From assembly GCA_951406725.2 (NCBI GenBank), contig OX597821.1, positions 9,672,001 through 9,736,000 on the forward strand: a stretch of 64,000 bases of DNA, given 5' to 3'. The notes under the pieces were generated by a model. It did not search any database and had not been told where the DNA came from. It saw only the letters and a list, made by a program, of their open reading frames with translations. The DNA is from Octopus vulgaris. Taxonomy: Eukaryota. This document shows, piece after piece, positions 28,042 through 41,658 of this stretch (its first letter is position 1; each line of letters starts with the position of its first letter). The position numbers and the translations under genes were made by a program.

Positions 28042-30216
28042 GTCTGTGTTGCTAAAAAGCAGTAGCTTCCTTCTACAGCATTAGTTGGCAGTGATTATAT
28101 TTTCCTGCTCTTCATATTTCCTTTGATGAATACATTCCCTACATTTGACCCACCTCTAGCAATTCTAATCTGTAACAAACGGACAAAATATTGATCTAAG
28201 ATAGCAAGATGAACAATGCAAAGAATATCCGGCAAGACGGGGCAACATATGAGCAGAAACGATGAAAATCATCATCTATTTTCAAATTGATAAAATATAC
28301 ATTGTTTGGCTTAGTAACGATGATATTATAAAAGCTAGGCATTTACTCCTTCAACTCGTTAAATGTCTTAAACAGGCTTCGCAACTGGATTAAAAACTCT
28401 ACAGCAGGGACAATGACTAAAACTGAGTATCACTTCTTACGTTCTCCAGCTACTGTAAAAGCACAAGTTTTCAAAACAGAAAGACTTCATGGATGACATT
28501 TTGAAGGGCCTCTAAGACTGGTGCAAACAAGGGAAATGTATTATTGAAGTACAAATATCGCCTAAGTTCTTGTAATAGAAATAGTTCAAATGAAAAGGTA
28601 ATAACGTCCTTTTTACATATTTCAGATGTTGTACATCGTTAATAGGTAGTGTCCATTTTTCTGATTCCAAAACAAAACGGAGTGAAGAGGTCCGACATAT
28701 TACATCTAAAATATAAGTACACGAATGTGATCACGGCGGTGAGTTATCAAGCAGTGACTCATCGCTGAGTCCTCCGATGTTTACGGAGCACAGATTTCAG
28801 TGAAGTACAACAGTGGTCATACAAAAGTCGAACGTTACACCGGAGCCGTGGAAGGAAAACTTAAACCTAGATATTACTGCCATCTTTTGAATTTTATGTT
28901 CCATGATAAAAGATATCCACTGACATTTTTAACTTTAATCTAGAAATTTAAAAACGAAAAGACCAGTTTTGATATCTTCATTAGCGGGTGTAAAAAAATG
29001 TTCAATGTGTTCTTTTGAAAATTTCTATCTCTTAAAACACTTGAGAACATCTAAAAAATACATGAATTCCAGGAACGAGATTGCTTCTGTATATCCGCAT
29101 TTCTAGAAATACATCTTGTCAGAATTTAACATCAGAACACAGATCACATAGTGTTCCATTAGAATCTTGTTTACGACTTCATGGCATTAATTGTTGTTAC
29201 ATTGGTAATCTACTCCGTGTTTTTCTTCTTGTTTTCTTTCCTAGTGTCAATTGTTTAAAAGTTAGCAGCTCCAAAGTTCACTGACAAACGGTCTTTCTCT
29301 CAGGTTCATAAAGAGCGAAATAAATGATAATTTCGACCAGGGTTTCCTGGTAACTGTATTTAACAAGATATGTAGTTTTTATAAAGAATGTTTTGGTATT
29401 AACTTTATCGTAAACATATTCCTTATACGTAAAACATGTCATTTATTAATATTAAGGCATCGAGATGTGAGAATCGTTAACAATGCATAAAAATAATGAA
29501 AGTGATGGTAATATACATATATCTCATCAATACTATATTTCCTTTCTTCAATTTCCACTCTTCCTCTGTGTTCTCATGTATTTCTCTGTTTTCTACATAT
29601 TTACGTATGAGGATGAATGTATACATATAGGTACACACACATAAACACACACACACAAACACACACATACAAACACACACATACATATATAAGCGTATGT
29701 TGTGGTATGTGTGTGTGTCGTAAAAGATATACAAAGAACAAAAGCAACTGACCAAGTCAGGCGGAATCTGCTGTAGTTAGAGTCACAGCGGGAGACAAGA
29801 GTGGCTGGATGTTTATCAACGGGTTTAATGACATCTACTTAACTGTGCCTACGTGGGAGTTTGTGAGGATCACGCGTGTGAGCACGGAAGTAACTCTGTG
29901 CGTAGTGATGCATATAACATTTTTCTTTATGATATATTTATTTGTCCTATTCTTCTTAGTTTTTCTTATTTACTCCCTCTCTTTGAGTTACTACTAAATC
30001 CATGTAGATATTGTATATAACAACGCAACGAGATTTTTCACTTCCCCATGCGTACACGAGGGGTTAAAATTACAGCCATTAACAAAACGCTCTGCTAGAA
30101 TCGAGAAAAATATTCATTATAAGATCACCTTACGATTCACTAAATTAGGGATAGATGCACCACAACCGGTTGTGTAGCGTCACACCCCCGAGGAATCGAT
30201 GTAGAATGAGTTGAGG

Positions 30217-30255
<39 letters not shown>

Positions 30256-30524
30256 TCAAAAAAGGGTAGAATTAATTAATTGTTAATAAATTCGACCAAG
30301 CAGTATTCGGTATGTAAAGACCATTTACGGTATATTTGAAGTATTAATTTATAAAAATATGGTAAAGTAAAAAAATTCACTTTACCACACACCGAACTTT
30401 TCAGAAATAGCAGCCAAAAGTTTGGCTATTTCTTCAACTGCAAATAAAAGTCTCCAGACAATGCATACTCAGAAAATAACTCACATAGGTATAAGTATTT
30501 TCAAATCTAAATCAGAAGAAATCT

Positions 30525-30584
30525 CTGAGCTGATGAAGGAAAAGTGGCGTTTTACCCACAAATCCAGAAACAGACTGTCCTCGG
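30525..30584 (+). ncRNA. Type I hammerhead ribozyme (copy 1)
   Basis: Stem I ctgag/ctcgg; core CTGATGA 30530-30536; stem II gga/tcc with inner gtgg/ccac; GAAA 30567-30570; stem III acag/ctgt with 1-nt loop; GUC cleavage triplet ending at 30579. Confidence 0.88.
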
Positions 30585-31084
30585 GTATCGTATATGGATG
30601 TGATCTTTCATTGTTTTTCCCTTATACCTATGTGAGTTATTTTCTGAGTATGCATTGTCTGGAGACTTTTATTTGCAGTTGAAGAAATAGCCAAACTTTT
30701 GGCTGCTATTTCTGAAAAGTTCGGTGTGTGGTAAAGTGAATTTTTTTACTTTACCATATTTTTATAAATTAATACTTCAAATATACCGTAAATGGTCTTT
30801 ACATACCGAATACTGCTTGGTCGAATTTATTAACAATTAATTAATTCTACCCCTTTTTTGATAACAATATAATGCTTTCTCTCCAAGAATTTGAACTGCA
30901 GTTTTTACCTCTTTAGAAATGTAATGCTCTATGACTCACGTGGGTGGACAGGGAGAATAATAGATCTCATTCGTATTTTTGGATTCGCTAGTACTGGGTG
31001 TCTGGCATGGTTTGTCCGATGTTACAGATATCGGACGGGTATGTTTGATTCTTAGTATTTTCAAATCTAAATCAGAAGAAATCT

Positions 31085-31144
31085 CTGAGCTGATGAAGGA
31101 AAAGTGGCGTTTTACCCACAAATCCAGAAACAGACTGTCCTCGG
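31085..31144 (+). ncRNA. Type I hammerhead ribozyme (copy 2)
   Basis: Identical to copy 1, offset +560; predicted cleavage after 31139. Confidence 0.88.
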
Positions 31145-31324
31145 GTATCGTATATGGATGTGATCTTTCATTGATTTTCCCTTATACCTATGTGAGTTAT
31201 TTTCTGAGTATGCATTGTCTGGAGACTTTTATTTGCAGTTGAAGAAATAGCCAAACTTTTGGCTGCTATTTCTGAAAAGTTCGGTGTGTGGTAAAGTGAA
31301 TTTTTTTTACTTTACCATATATTT

Positions 31325-31840
<516 letters not shown>

Positions 31841-32088
31841 ATATATATATATATATATATATATCGGGTTCGTTTTCGATTCGTCGGTTCGTTCTATCCC
31901 TTGTCCTCCATTTTAATTTATATATATATATATATATTCTTTTATTCTTATATTTGTTTCAATCATTTGACTGTGGCCATTCTGGAGCACCGCCTGTAGT
32001 CGAACCGAGAGTTTAACTACGGTTATTCCATAGAACTTACATAACCTTACTTACCATCATGGGTATTCTATATTCCAATACCTCTTTT

Positions 32089-32121
<33 letters not shown>

Positions 32122-33075
32122 AATGTTTGTAGGTGTGTGTGCGTGTGTGTGCTTGTGAGTGTGTATAATTATATATGTATATACGCGTGTTTGTGCTTCT
32201 GTCATTTTTCGCCTTTGCTCCGCACGAACACATGACAACACGTGTTTGGTGCTTGTGTGCTTACGTTGTCGTAATTTACCTGTCCAGTAGCACATACAAG
32301 CATATTATGTATGAGGCTTTAAATAGAATAATAACTTTTGAAGTCGACGAGATTCGCTAAGTCCTTCAAAGCACAGCCTCAGTATGACCGCTGTTAAATG
32401 TATGAAACAAATGCAAAGATGTAAGTTAGATATACCAAATGCATTTAGGCTGTGTATAAGGTTTTTGCCCTCTACGTATATTACAGAGCACCTCAATCTA
32501 GATATAGTATTAGTATTGCTCATTTCAAATTTTCGTTATAACAATTACCACATTGCGAACACTCGAGGCAAATGAGTTTTCTGATTTTAACAGGGGGCAC
32601 AATGGGTGTCAATAGGAGGCAGAATCTAGCGTGAGTAAAATTGCAGAAAAACAGGATTTTCTTCTACATCAGTCAACACAGCGACTGTGGAACACATTAG
32701 CAAATGAAACGAATGTGCACCATCTCACGCGTGTCGATCTGGTTCCTATGACACATGCCTTTATGACACATGCCTTGTGTCAAGAGGTTTTCGAATTCAT
32801 TTTACCTGGATTTAGATAACATTACTTAGGCGCTAAATTGTGACATCTTCTTCGATCACTAAATATAAACCAAAGAAGAATTTTTTTTTTTTAAATTACA
32901 TACATATATGCATACATACAAACATACACATACACAGAAACTCCATGCATCCATCTATACATACATACATGCATGTATTCCTGTGTACATGCTTACATAC
33001 ATACATACATACTTACATACATACACATACATACATACACACTCATTCATATATACCTGCATTCATGCATACATA

Positions 33076-34368
33076 CGAGGGACGTTCAATAAGTAATGCT
33101 TCTGACCCACTTGCAGTTGTTTGATCTAGCTGAAATTTTGCATGTGCAATCATTTTTATCTCTATAGAGTAAGTGGCAAATTACAGCTCTGAATTAATTG
33201 TGGTTTCTGATTTACAGGTGTTTGAACCGAGTCAGGTGTGAAATGGAGCCTGTTGAGTGTCGAGCAGTGATCCGGTTTTTGTATTTGAAAGGACGAACAC
33301 CACGGGAGACTTTTGATGAAATGAAAGTAACTTATGGTGATGATGCCCCATCATATGACCTTGTAAAACGCTGGCATCGTGAATTCAAACACGGTCGGAA
33401 CTCTGTAGAAACAGCTCCCAGATCTGGTCGCCCCCCTTCTGCCATTGATGAGGCATCTGTCCGTCAAGTTGAGGCTGCCATTTTGGAAGATCGACGCATA
33501 ATTATTCGCCAAATAGCCTATGAGGTCAAGATTAGTACCGGGTCTGTGGAAACTATCATTCATGACCATTTGCATATGCAAAAGGTATCTGCCAGATGGA
33601 TTCCCAGGTTGCTCACGCCTTTCCAGAAGCAAGAACGCGTCGAGTGCTCGAGGGTGAATTTGGAGATGTGCCAAGAAGATGAGTCAAAATTTTTCAAAAG
33701 ACTGATTACACAGGATGAAACCTGGGTCCATCACGATGATCTAGAGACCAAAGCCCAATCAATGCAGTGGAAGCACCGTGACTCACCCCCTCCAAAGAAG
33801 GCAAGGGAGCAGCCCTCCGCTGGCAAGGTCATGCTCACAGTCTTCTGGGACCAGGACGGAGTAGTGATGACAGATTTCCTGGCAAAGGGTACCACAATTG
33901 CAGGAGCCTATTATGCTTCACTTATGAGGAAATTAAGGGAAGTTATCAAAATCAAGAGGCGGGGCAAGATCAGCAAAGGCATCCTCCTCCTGCAGGACAA
34001 CGCTCCGGTCCACAACTCGCTTGTCGCCAGATCAGAAGGACAGGCGTATGGCTATGAACTCCTCCCCCATCCCCCCTACTTTCCTGACCTTGCACCCTCT
34101 GATTTTCACCTCTTCCCAGTCATGAAGTTGTTTTTGAAAGGAAAGCGTTTCTCAGATGATGCAGTCTTGATTTCTGAAGTCACGTTCAGGTTGGAGGACC
34201 AAGCTGGGGTCTTCTACAAAAACGGTCTCCAGAGCTGCATCAAACGATGGGAGAAATGCGTAACTCTGGGTGGTTCCTATGTAAAAAAAGACTAATAACT
34301 GTGCCAAGTTTCGTTGCTCTACTGCAATGGGAAGTGGGTCAGGGGCATTACTTATTGAACGCCCCTCG
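33076..34368 (+). mobile_element. Full-length mariner transposon (1293 bp)
   Basis: 37-bp TIRs 33076-33112 and 34332-34368 (3 mismatches), TA duplication on both sides, internal intact ORF. Confidence 0.96.
33243..34295 (+). CDS. Mariner DD34D transposase, 350 aa (irritans-like by motif)
   Basis: ATG at 33243 (MEPVEC); HTH, RSGRP, WIPRLL, DETW, QDNAPVH, YFPDLAPSDF; 34 residues counted between the 2nd and 3rd catalytic Asp; no stops. Confidence 0.95.
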   Translation: MEPVECRAVIRFLYLKGRTPRETFDEMKVTYGDDAPSYDLVKRWHREFKHGRNSVETAPRSGRPPSAIDEASVRQVEAAILEDRRIIIRQIAYEVKISTGSVETIIHDHLHMQKVSARWIPRLLTPFQKQERVECSRVNLEMCQEDESKFFKRLITQDETWVHHDDLETKAQSMQWKHRDSPPPKKAREQPSAGKVMLTVFWDQDGVVMTDFLAKGTTIAGAYYASLMRKLREVIKIKRRGKISKGILLLQDNAPVHNSLVARSEGQAYGYELLPHPPYFPDLAPSDFHLFPVMKLFLKGKRFSDDAVLISEVTFRLEDQAGVFYKNGLQSCIKRWEKCVTLGGSYVKKD

Positions 34369-34392
34369 TATATACATGCATATATACATATA

Positions 34393-34438
<46 letters not shown>

Positions 34439-37240
34439 ATACAGAAACAGAGTCAGATAGCTGTATATTTACACGTATGTATATATGTATCTTCACATAC
34501 GCTCCCATTATATATTTTATCATAAGCGAACGAACATAACTAATTTATTGGAACGAGGTCTAATACGTACCGGTCTATAGGACACTTAACATGTTTATCA
34601 AAAATATTTTTAAGGACAGGGTGATGTCGTTTTCAAAGGAATTCTTTCACTGGAAATTTGTATGGGTATTATGTTAAATTTCCTGTTAGTAATTACAAGA
34701 AAATTTAATATTGTTTGTTCATTCAAATCCTACGCAGAGACATTTATATGTGTGCGAGTGTGTATCTGTGTGTGTGTGTGTGAATTTTTGCCTACATATT
34801 TCTATATTTGTGTGTGTGAATGTAATCTCATTGGAGGTGTTAATCTTTCAAAGTGAATGACATATCATTCAACTATTCAGAAACTAGAGTAATGAAGAAG
34901 GAATAGATACGATGAATAAACTATAGTTAAATTCAATACACTTCATAAAGTTTCCTTATATTTTGTCTTGGCTGAATTCTAAAAGTGAAGCCTTTCTACT
35001 CCATTCTATTGTATAGACGTTATAATATATCGCTATTGTTTGCGTGACATTTCTGACAACGGTTTATGTTTTTTCATGGCATCATCAGAGATGAATGACG
35101 AGAAACGTTGACCTTTGCGTCGATCTTCTGTAATTCGATTTACTGAGGTATACAATACAATTTAATCATATTCGTAGTTTCCTTAAAGTATATCACATTT
35201 TTTACGGTCACTAATAAACCTATATGAAGTAGGTAAACATCTGATTTGTAATAGAGTTGGATATTTAAGATGTTCCTTCTGTTATATCAGCCATGATTCG
35301 CTAGCACCTCTCAGGATGTTGATTTAAAATCAAATGAATGTTTTATGAAAATCGAAATTTTATTTCTTGAACGTTATTTTCTGTGATATTAGTTTTGAAA
35401 CAATAATAAGCATAAGGTAAATGAAATAATTTTTTACTACGAGGCTTAATGTTCGAACATTGAGTTCACTGAGTAACTTGGGATGTTTCATCTATCCGTA
35501 GGTCAGCCAAAGCGTTATTTGAGAAAATATTTAAAAATGCTAAATTTGCTTCTCTTTATCATATTTTTTTGTTTCGTTATGATACAATATTTATTAAGCT
35601 AAATAAACCCAGGAAAGAGTAAACTGCAAAAACAAGAAGGTTGTGCTTAGCAAATGTTGGTGCATCTAATGCAACTACATTCAACTACTCTCAAGAGAGC
35701 AAATCGGTGGAATATATACTTTACATCTTGTTACTGAGAAAGACACGTTTTCCTTTACTTCAACTGTTTATAAATATTGTAAATAACTAAGAGATCTTCA
35801 TTCTCAGAGAAGTTTCTATTACAGATTAGGCAATACTACAATCATCACCCTGATATACATGTGTACTAGTGTTGTTAGAATGCTGGTTTTGTTCTTGGAA
35901 ATCAGACACGTCAAGATGGCATGTGTTTAGGGCATTTCCACCCGATCCTAATTGATAAAAGGACGTTAGGGTGTCTTTTGTGGAATATTAAAAAGCATTT
36001 AGAATTGCTTAATATTAGTTCATAGGTTTCCTTATTATCGCCAATGTCGTAGGTTGTCATTATTATTGCTGTTGATTTTGATTCGTGTTAAGTCAGTTCT
36101 GATCAAGAAAAACTGATGATTGATGTTTGAGTAATACCTTCAACTGAGTGAGAAATTTGAATTAAGCAAGACTTGATTTTGCCGTTCATGCTCAGCAAAT
36201 CATATTTCAAAAATTATTGAAATTTATAAATTTACCTACATAGTGTAGGTCTCTTTCCTCATTTTATTAGTCATAGGCCATAAGTTATTACGTTATCTTT
36301 GCTATATATAAATGTAATCGTGAGATCCAATGTGGATTTGTCTGTTATTTCTTATCAATTTGGTGTAACACATGTAGATGTTTGTTGATTTGAAGGCAGG
36401 GAGAAGGTCTTCCCATCCTATTTCTATTTGCCAAGATTTGTATTGGTCATCTTATATGTTAAATCTAGTGGATTATTCACGGCTAATGTATAAATATATG
36501 TGATATTCAGCTGCAATAGTTTCTTATATTCTTATATTGCAACCTCGTCAAAACAAACTTTGTCATTATATATTCCAAATTGTTGGTACCGCATAAATGT
36601 ATATTATTTGTGTTGATATTGTTCAAATATAATCAATTGACAATAGTTTTCAAAAATAGTAAACGGTGAAGAATAAACAACGATGAAAAATAAACACTTC
36701 ATTTATTAAAGGAATTTAACTTTGTATTCATGTATATTTATACATCTTAATACTTGAATCATTTAAAATTACTATAAGGAAATAGCGAAATTGAATCGTC
36801 TGAGACTATGTCAAGTGAAAGACGATTTTCCTCACATAGCTTGCTTTAGTAGACAAAGGATGGCTTGGTACATATAATTATTACCGAAAGATACATTCCT
36901 TAACTCTATATAATTATAAGATATTTGAAATTCGTTGATATTCATTTATGTCTTATGTAACATACTGCATCATACTTTTTCACTGGCCTCTTCTATAAAT
37001 AAGAAGTAAATTAGTTTTAATGTAAAATCGTTGGAATGAATCTGTCTGACATTATAAATGCCGATATTTTCGGTTATCACTTCATTACAACATTGAATAA
37101 CCCAATTATCACATAATTGCCGTTGGAAATCCATGCATTATCGGGGAAATTCGGACAGTATATTACTCGATAACTATGTAACAGGGGGAAAATATATTTG
37201 CTTTCAAGAAAATTTATCATTGGTATTCCTTATTGTATCT

Positions 37241-37637
37241 ACTCTTTTACTTGTTTCAGTCATTTGACTGCGGCCATGCTGGAGCACCGCCTTTAATCGA
37301 GCAACTCGACCCCGGGACTTATTCTTTTGTAAGCACAGTACTTATTCTATCGGTCTCTTTTGCCGAACCGCTAAGTAACGGGGAACATAAACACACCAGC
37401 ATCGGTTGTCAAGCAATGCTAGGGGGACAAACACAGACGCACAAACACACACACGCATACATATATAAATATATACGACGGGCTTCTTTAAGTTTCCGTC
37501 TACCAAATCCACTCACAAGACTTTGGTCGGCCCGAGGCTATAGTAGAAAACATTTGCCCAAGGTGCCACGCAGTGGGACTGAACCCAGAACCATGTGGCT
37601 GGTAAACAAGCTACTTACCTCACAGCCACTCCTAGCC
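37241..37637 (-). mobile_element. SINE family B, full length
   Basis: Reverse complement of 31440-31840 over its whole length. Confidence 0.88.
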
Positions 37638-38228
37638 TTAATATAGAAAAAGTTTGTGCAGGTGTACGTTGATGGAATACAGTATTATTGAATTTGTTGT
37701 AGTTTGACTTATTTCTTCATCTAAGTTATTTAACACACTTAGAAAATTTATGTAAATTTTATGAAAAGGACTGAAAAAATGTTTTTTGTTTTTTTTATTT
37801 AAATGAAAAAATATTTGGAGACCATATGTTTTGGTAATATATATCTAAATATCAGAAAGTGAAATGCATTGAAGTAGCGAATTGTCACAGTGAAACACCT
37901 AATGGTAAGACTATTGTACATCAGTTATAAACGTGTATTGTTCATCACTATATAAAATAATATGTAATATACAGTACAAAGGATATCATCGCTGAGTGAA
38001 AAGTAGTTATTCTAGATGATCAGCTCACCTGCTGAACATGAGAGCCGTATAGCTGAGAAATAAAACAACTGTTCGAGTGTGCGTTCATCCCCCATTCGAA
38101 CAATATGTCCACACCATCTCAATTGGTTTTTAGAATCATTGCTTTAATTGGAGTGATGTCGGCAGATGTGTTTGGAGTAAAGTAACCCCATTTTATGTTT
38201 AAAATGCGTTGAAGGAATAATTAGTCGA

Positions 38229-38373
<145 letters not shown>

Positions 38374-38374
38374 C

Positions 38375-38597
38375 TCGAAGGGTGAGAGGTGCTAAAAATT
38401 TCTTGGTTTTAATAATATCGTGAGAGGCCTAGCTGAAGGCCGAAACGTTTTGAGTTCTTTTACAGCGCTTAGAAATACTGATGGAGCGCTGCATAAGTTG
38501 GTGAATAAGTGCTGAATATTTTGAATTAAATGATGATCAGGTGATCACCCTCTATTTTTCTTTTACACAAAGCCAGGAAATAACCAGCCTCCTTCGT
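38375..38597 (+). mobile_element. Mariner-derived MITE, degenerate
   Basis: Imperfect TIRs cgaaggg..aaatttcttggtttt / aaagccaggaaat..ccttcg in TA context; interior resembles a mariner C-terminal remnant. Confidence 0.5.
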
Positions 38598-38607
38598 GCA
38601 TATATAA

Positions 38608-38663
<56 letters not shown>

Positions 38664-39879
38664 TGCAAACTACTGTTTATATTACTTTTATACATACGCA
38701 CTAGAGAATCATTAAACCATCCAAGTATTTGGATGACATAAGCACAAACACTAATGGCGAATCGAGTCCCGAAAGAGCTGAAGTCGAGTTGTCTTAATTG
38801 ATGAAAATTAACGGAAATTTCCGAAACTGAGGCATTTGTAATAAGAATTCTCGATTAGCACTTTTCGGACGATTATGGTCCCTGTTAGTCTATGTGTTTA
38901 TAATCATTTTCGTTAACTGCAACATCAGAACGGTTTAGATCATATTTCAAGTATTGTAGGTATTTCCTGATACCCTAATCACATTTAGTGACATTCTTAT
39001 TTTCCTGTTTGGTGAAACATTGGAACCTGTTGTTTATATTAATTTTACACACACACACACACATACACACAGACACATATGATGAGATATGAGACAAATA
39101 TATCAATACACACATGGGCCGAAACAGGTTCACACTTAGGGAACGTTGTAAATTGAGCGGTACATCCACCGTAGATATTAGATATGATCCCAACCAATAT
39201 TTCTCGTTTACTAATAACAAATGGAATACGCTTTGGGAAACCTAAAGCAATGGTAAAATATCCGTCACTGTGAAACTAACTTCTTACCCACACCGTCATG
39301 TAAGCTGCCTTCTAAATTACCGTCAGCTATATGAGATATAACTTCCGCTTTACAAAGAATGCCTGAACAACATTTATTTGTATTATGAACCTTCCAGAGA
39401 AATATTTTCTTCACAGAGCATTGCACTTGATAACCTGAGTGCGTATAAAATTTGTATTCTAGAATAACTATTACAATTCTCTTTCTAGATATCATCCTTC
39501 AACCAGATGTCTGATTTTCATTCCCATGACGTTGATTCAGCTGTAATTCATTCTACATGCGTGATATTTTCGTCATCTACACACCTACAAAAATCTAAAT
39601 AAGATGGTAATATATTCCTCACTTCAAGAAGAAATAAAATATATTAGCTAGTTCGCGAGATCGCACTTATATGATTAATGTCATTCAGTCTTGTCTTAAA
39701 TATAGCTTACTCAAAACGAGGTCATGACAGAGTACGCAGTCATTTGGTTTAAGATCGTATCTTTTAAACAAATATGGATTCATACGTGCGTACGTGCATA
39801 CATACAGAGAAACAAACACACATGCACATATACACAGACATATCCACACACACAGACACACACACCACATACATAGTAC

Positions 39880-40018
39880 CAAAAATCTCAATTTGCCGTC
39901 GGGGTACAGGACCAGAAACCGCAACAGCTTAGGCTTCAAGGGCCCCATTGTCTTCAATATCCTCTCACGAAGCCTGAGAGACCTGCATGGCGTGGATGTA
40001 GCCGTTTTCAAAACAAAA
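39880..40018 (+). mobile_element. CR1/L2-type LINE 3' fragment
   Basis: Translates to RTRNRNSLGFKGPIVFNILSRSLRDLHGVDVAVFKTK, matching the CR1-group ORF2 C-terminal pattern (GP.LFN.LP..LR....FK). Confidence 0.65.
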
Positions 40019-40179
40019 CATACGACAGGCTTCTTTCAGTTTCCGTCTACCAAATCCACTCATATGCTTTGCTCGACCCGAGGTTATATACTCTTGTCCA
40101 AGGTGCCGCGTAGTGGGTCTGAACCCAGGACCATGTGGTTGGTAAGCAAGCTACTTACCATACAGCCACTCCTGCACCT
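40019..40179 (-). mobile_element. SINE family B, 5' part
   Basis: ggcttctttcagtttccgtctaccaaatccactcat..cagccactcctgcacct. Confidence 0.8.
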
Positions 40180-41166
40180 ATATATATATATATGTATACA
40201 TATACATGTACATAAGCATATATATACACAGACAATGGTGATGATAATGATGATAATGATGATGATGATGATAAGGACGATGGCCATAACGATGGTCACG
40301 ATGATTATTATTATTATTGTTATAGAATGTCTTCATCATTTCTTTAAGGAATATGTTAACCCATATTTTGCAAGACTTAATGAAGCAAAGAACAATTACA
40401 ATCAACTCTCCAAAATAAAAGTTTATCCAGAAGTAAGACCCGCCAGCTCTGTAGCCTGTGATGTGGTGTTAGATGGAAGATATTTTGTCATGTCACTTCT
40501 AACGTTCTATCTGACGATTTCAGTATGTAATGATCATAGTCGGAAAAAGAACTGCTCAGAAAGTAGGTGAAAAGAAAAAAAGTTAATAAATACGTATTGA
40601 ACAGGTGACAAAAAGATTCTACTCGAATCTCGCTAATTGCATGCACTAGTAAAAATTGCTTTTGCGACGGTCCTGCCAAAAGGTAATTTAGATGCATTCA
40701 ACAATTGCGCGTGCGAATGCTTATTTCAGTGACCCGATATGATGACGAAGCAGAAATGTAAAGTATATTTGTTGAGTTTAGTATATAAATGTAATTTACA
40801 AGTAAGGAAATTAATATTTTCCGGTCACTAAGAAATTCTGGCACAATATATTAGTTCAATTTCTGTAATATTATATTATAGGTTTTTCGTGATTCAAGGG
40901 GTTTTATACTGAAACGTTTTAACTTCCGTTCCACTTCTGTTTTGAAATGTAATTTCCGAGAAAAATACCTACTCAATAACAAATAAATTGTGTTCAATTA
41001 AATTCAATCAATTTTCCTAAGACCAAGTTCCGTAGTAATGTCACAATGGTTGGAAAGACATACATTCTTCTATACACGTATATAATTTGTACCATCTGTC
41101 TATACACGTGGACAGACAAAACACTTATATGTATGTATGTATGCATGCATGTATACATATGTATAA

Positions 41167-41217
<51 letters not shown>

Positions 41218-41235
41218 TATACATATATATATACG

Positions 41236-41281
<46 letters not shown>

Positions 41282-41622
41282 CACATATATATATACATAT
41301 ATCATATACATATATATATATATATATGTATATATATACATATATATATGTATATATATATACACATGTATGTATATATGTATATATATATATGTATATA
41401 TATATACATATATGTATATACGTGTGTATATATATATATATCTATATATCTATATATATACATATATATATATATACGTGTGTATATATCTATATATCTA
41501 TATATCTATATATATACATATATAGTTAATCCAAACAAGAAAGCACAAAAAAACACAACAACGCGAGGACGTGGAAAAAATATAGTATTATTGGACGCGC
41601 AGGAAAGAAGGAAAGAAGGAGG

Positions 41623-41658
41623 GTGTAACGTTTCGAGCGGAGCTCTTCGTCGGAAACA
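41623..41658 (-). ncRNA. Minimal hammerhead motif (variant core)
   Basis: Minus strand tgttt CCGACGA a gagc-tcc-gctc GAAA cgtt acac; palindromic AACGTT stem III; stem I weak. Confidence 0.6.

Noticed and set aside
30422-31242. Duplicated 86/87-aa ORFs as protein genes
   Set aside because: They start at non-ATG codons, have different N-termini, lack recognisable motifs and simply run across the repeated HHR region.
33243-34295. SETMAR host gene
   Set aside because: No SET domain; the ORF is bounded by TIRs and a TA duplication, so it is a transposon.
38418-38450. Hammerhead (ggcc..ggcc gaaacgtt)
   Set aside because: No CUGANGA in the correct position and no stem I; lies inside a mariner-type MITE.
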